Of a DNA stretch of 64,000 nucleotides, positions 62,134-64,000 are shown piece by piece. The translations under genes were made by a program, and so were the position numbers. The first letter of the stretch is position 1. Each line of letters begins with the position of its first letter. The stretch is from assembly GCA_963696115.1 (NCBI GenBank), contig CAVOIT010000006.1, positions 180 to 64,179 of the forward strand, written 5' to 3'. The notes under the pieces are model-generated. The model saw nothing but the letters and a program-made list of their open reading frames with translations. It made no database searches and had not been told where the DNA came from. This stretch comes from an uncultured Actinomycetota bacterium (GTDB taxonomy: Bacteria; Actinomycetota; Actinomycetes; Actinomycetales; Microbacteriaceae).

Positions 62134-62780
62134 GCGTCCTCCTCCTGACCACGAGCGGCGGCGGATGCCGGGGTCGCGGACTGGGCCGCGACCCCATCCA
62201 TCGCCGCGAGCAGTTCGTCGAAATCGGGCAGCTGCTTCAGCCGCGGCGAGACCGACGCCCACCGGATCACACCGTCGCGGTCGATGAGATACACGGCCCG
62301 CTCGCTGTGGCCATCGTCCTCACGCCACACCCGATACATCCGGGCGGTCTCACCGCGCGGCTGGAAATCGCTCAACAGCGGGTAGCGGATGCCGCGGACG
62401 GCCGCCCACGCGCCGTGGCTGTAGATCGAGTCGACCGACACGGCGAGGAGCTGGAATCCGCGGGAGGCGAACTCCTCATACTCCTGCTGGTACAACTCCA
62501 GCTGCACACTGCATCCCGGGCTCCAGTCCAGCGGGTAGAACACCAGTGCGACCGGTGTGCCGCGGAAGTCGCTCAACCGCACCAGGCCACCGGACGCATC
62601 CGGCAGAGCGAAGTCCGGGGCGGGGGTTCCCGGCTCAAGCCCGGTCGCCACCCGCTCCCCGTCCATGGGCGGCGCGGTGCGGAACAGGTCCCGCACCGCG
62701 TCGAGGCCACCGATCCCGGGGTCGGCGCTACCCGCCTGACCGAGGTCCACCTGTCCCTCGAGCAGCTCGATGCCGTTCAT
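62130..62780 (-). CDS. 1-Cys peroxiredoxin (AhpE-like) with N-terminal extension
   Basis: APDFAL, FYPLDWSPGC, PLLSDF, ERAVYLID. Confidence 0.85.
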   Translation of the reverse strand: MNGIELLEGQVDLGQAGSADPGIGGLDAVRDLFRTAPPMDGERVATGLEPGTPAPDFALPDASGGLVRLSDFRGTPVALVFYPLDWSPGCSVQLELYQQEYEEFASRGFQLLAVSVDSIYSHGAWAAVRGIRYPLLSDFQPRGETARMYRVWREDDGHSERAVYLIDRDGVIRWASVSPRLKQLPDFDELLAAMDGVAAQSATPASAAARGQEEDA

Positions 62781-63259
62781 CGGGCCCTCGCCTCCGCCTC
62801 GTGCAACTGCGGCGTGGCTGCAGCGGACTCTTCGGCATGCACCGCCGGCTCACCCGCACCGGCCACGGCGATGCGCCGCGGCTTGGCCGCCGCGCGCAGC
62901 GGCATCCTCACCCGCAAGACACCGTCGTGGTAGTCCGCGGCGACCGCGTCGGCATCCACGTCGTCACCGAGCGTGAACTGGCGCACCACGCTCGCCGCCC
63001 CCCGCTCGCGCACCAGCCATTGCGCGTTCTTGTCGGTGTGCTCCTCGGTGCGCTCAGCGCGGAGCGTCAACTGGCCGCCCTCGACGGAGACGTCGATCGC
63101 CGCGGGGTCGAAGCCCGGCAGATCCATCTCCAGCATGTAGTGGTCGTCGGCCCGGTACACGTTCACGGGGGCGCTCACCCACGTGGGCGAGCCGAGCCCG
63201 GAGAACAATGCGGAACTCATCCGATCCAGGTCGCGGAAGGTATCGAACAGCGTCATCAT
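62777..63259 (-). CDS. Hsp20/alpha-crystallin small heat-shock protein
   Basis: FRDLDR, DLPG, RER...RQFTLG, ADYHDGVL, KPRRI; GAAGGAG RBS. Confidence 0.92.
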   Translation of the reverse strand: MMTLFDTFRDLDRMSSALFSGLGSPTWVSAPVNVYRADDHYMLEMDLPGFDPAAIDVSVEGGQLTLRAERTEEHTDKNAQWLVRERGAASVVRQFTLGDDVDADAVAADYHDGVLRVRMPLRAAAKPRRIAVAGAGEPAVHAEESAAATPQLHEAEARAR

Positions 63260-63285
63260 CACTCTCCTTCGGTTGTGGTGGCACC

Positions 63286-63334
63286 CCTGCGGTGTCACGA
63301 CTCAATTTTAAGACTTGAGCCCGAACGACTCAAG
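63286..63334. promoter_or_regulatory. HspR operator (HAIR), one near-consensus copy and one degenerate copy
   Basis: CTTGAGC-N7-ACTCAAG at 63314-63334 versus consensus CTTGAGT-N7-ACTCAAG; CCTGCGG-N7-ACTCAAT at 63286-63306. Confidence 0.85.
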
Positions 63335-63403
63335 TAATCGATCGGGCGGATTCGCTCCCGTGCCCGAGCCGTGGCGGCACGCCCGCGCCGCGGGCCCGCA
63401 CGG

Positions 63404-64000
<597 letters not shown>

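Overview
High-GC (about 70-73% by eye) actinobacterial chromosome segment whose gene order and proteins fit Microbacteriaceae (Microbacterium-like). It is mostly core genome: ispD(F)-carD, regX3/senX3-phoU, gpmA, glnR-like, ppk1-mutT1, pstSCAB, holB-tmk-topA, a Tad/Flp pilus locus, acs, a ponA-type PBP, tdk-mqo-asd-ask, recR-dnaX, GH65/beta-PGM, ackA-pta, SRP RNA, a 6C-type sRNA and four tRNAs (Lys-TTT, Thr-CGT, Pro-CGG, Ser-GGA). No integrase, transposase, CRISPR array or prophage is visible. At least seven genes, including topA, are split by single-base indels, most likely sequencing or assembly errors. Most interesting signals: (1) a Pls/PosA-type poly-amino-acid synthetase, M1 peptidase and PPTase interleaved with a phosphate regulon carrying 11-nt PHO-box-like repeats; (2) an unannotated ~80-nt structured sRNA candidate with its own -10 box; (3) an Hsp20-peroxiredoxin-monothiol redoxin-Zn-thioredoxin operon under an HspR (HAIR) operator next to tRNA-Ser; (4) a DUF559-type nuclease gene followed by a long REP-like palindrome; (5) apparent over-representation of GCATCC/GGATGC; (6) a structured aspartokinase leader; (7) a sortase-anchored adhesin with a thioester-domain-like N-terminus. 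All calls come from reading the sequence; no database search was run.
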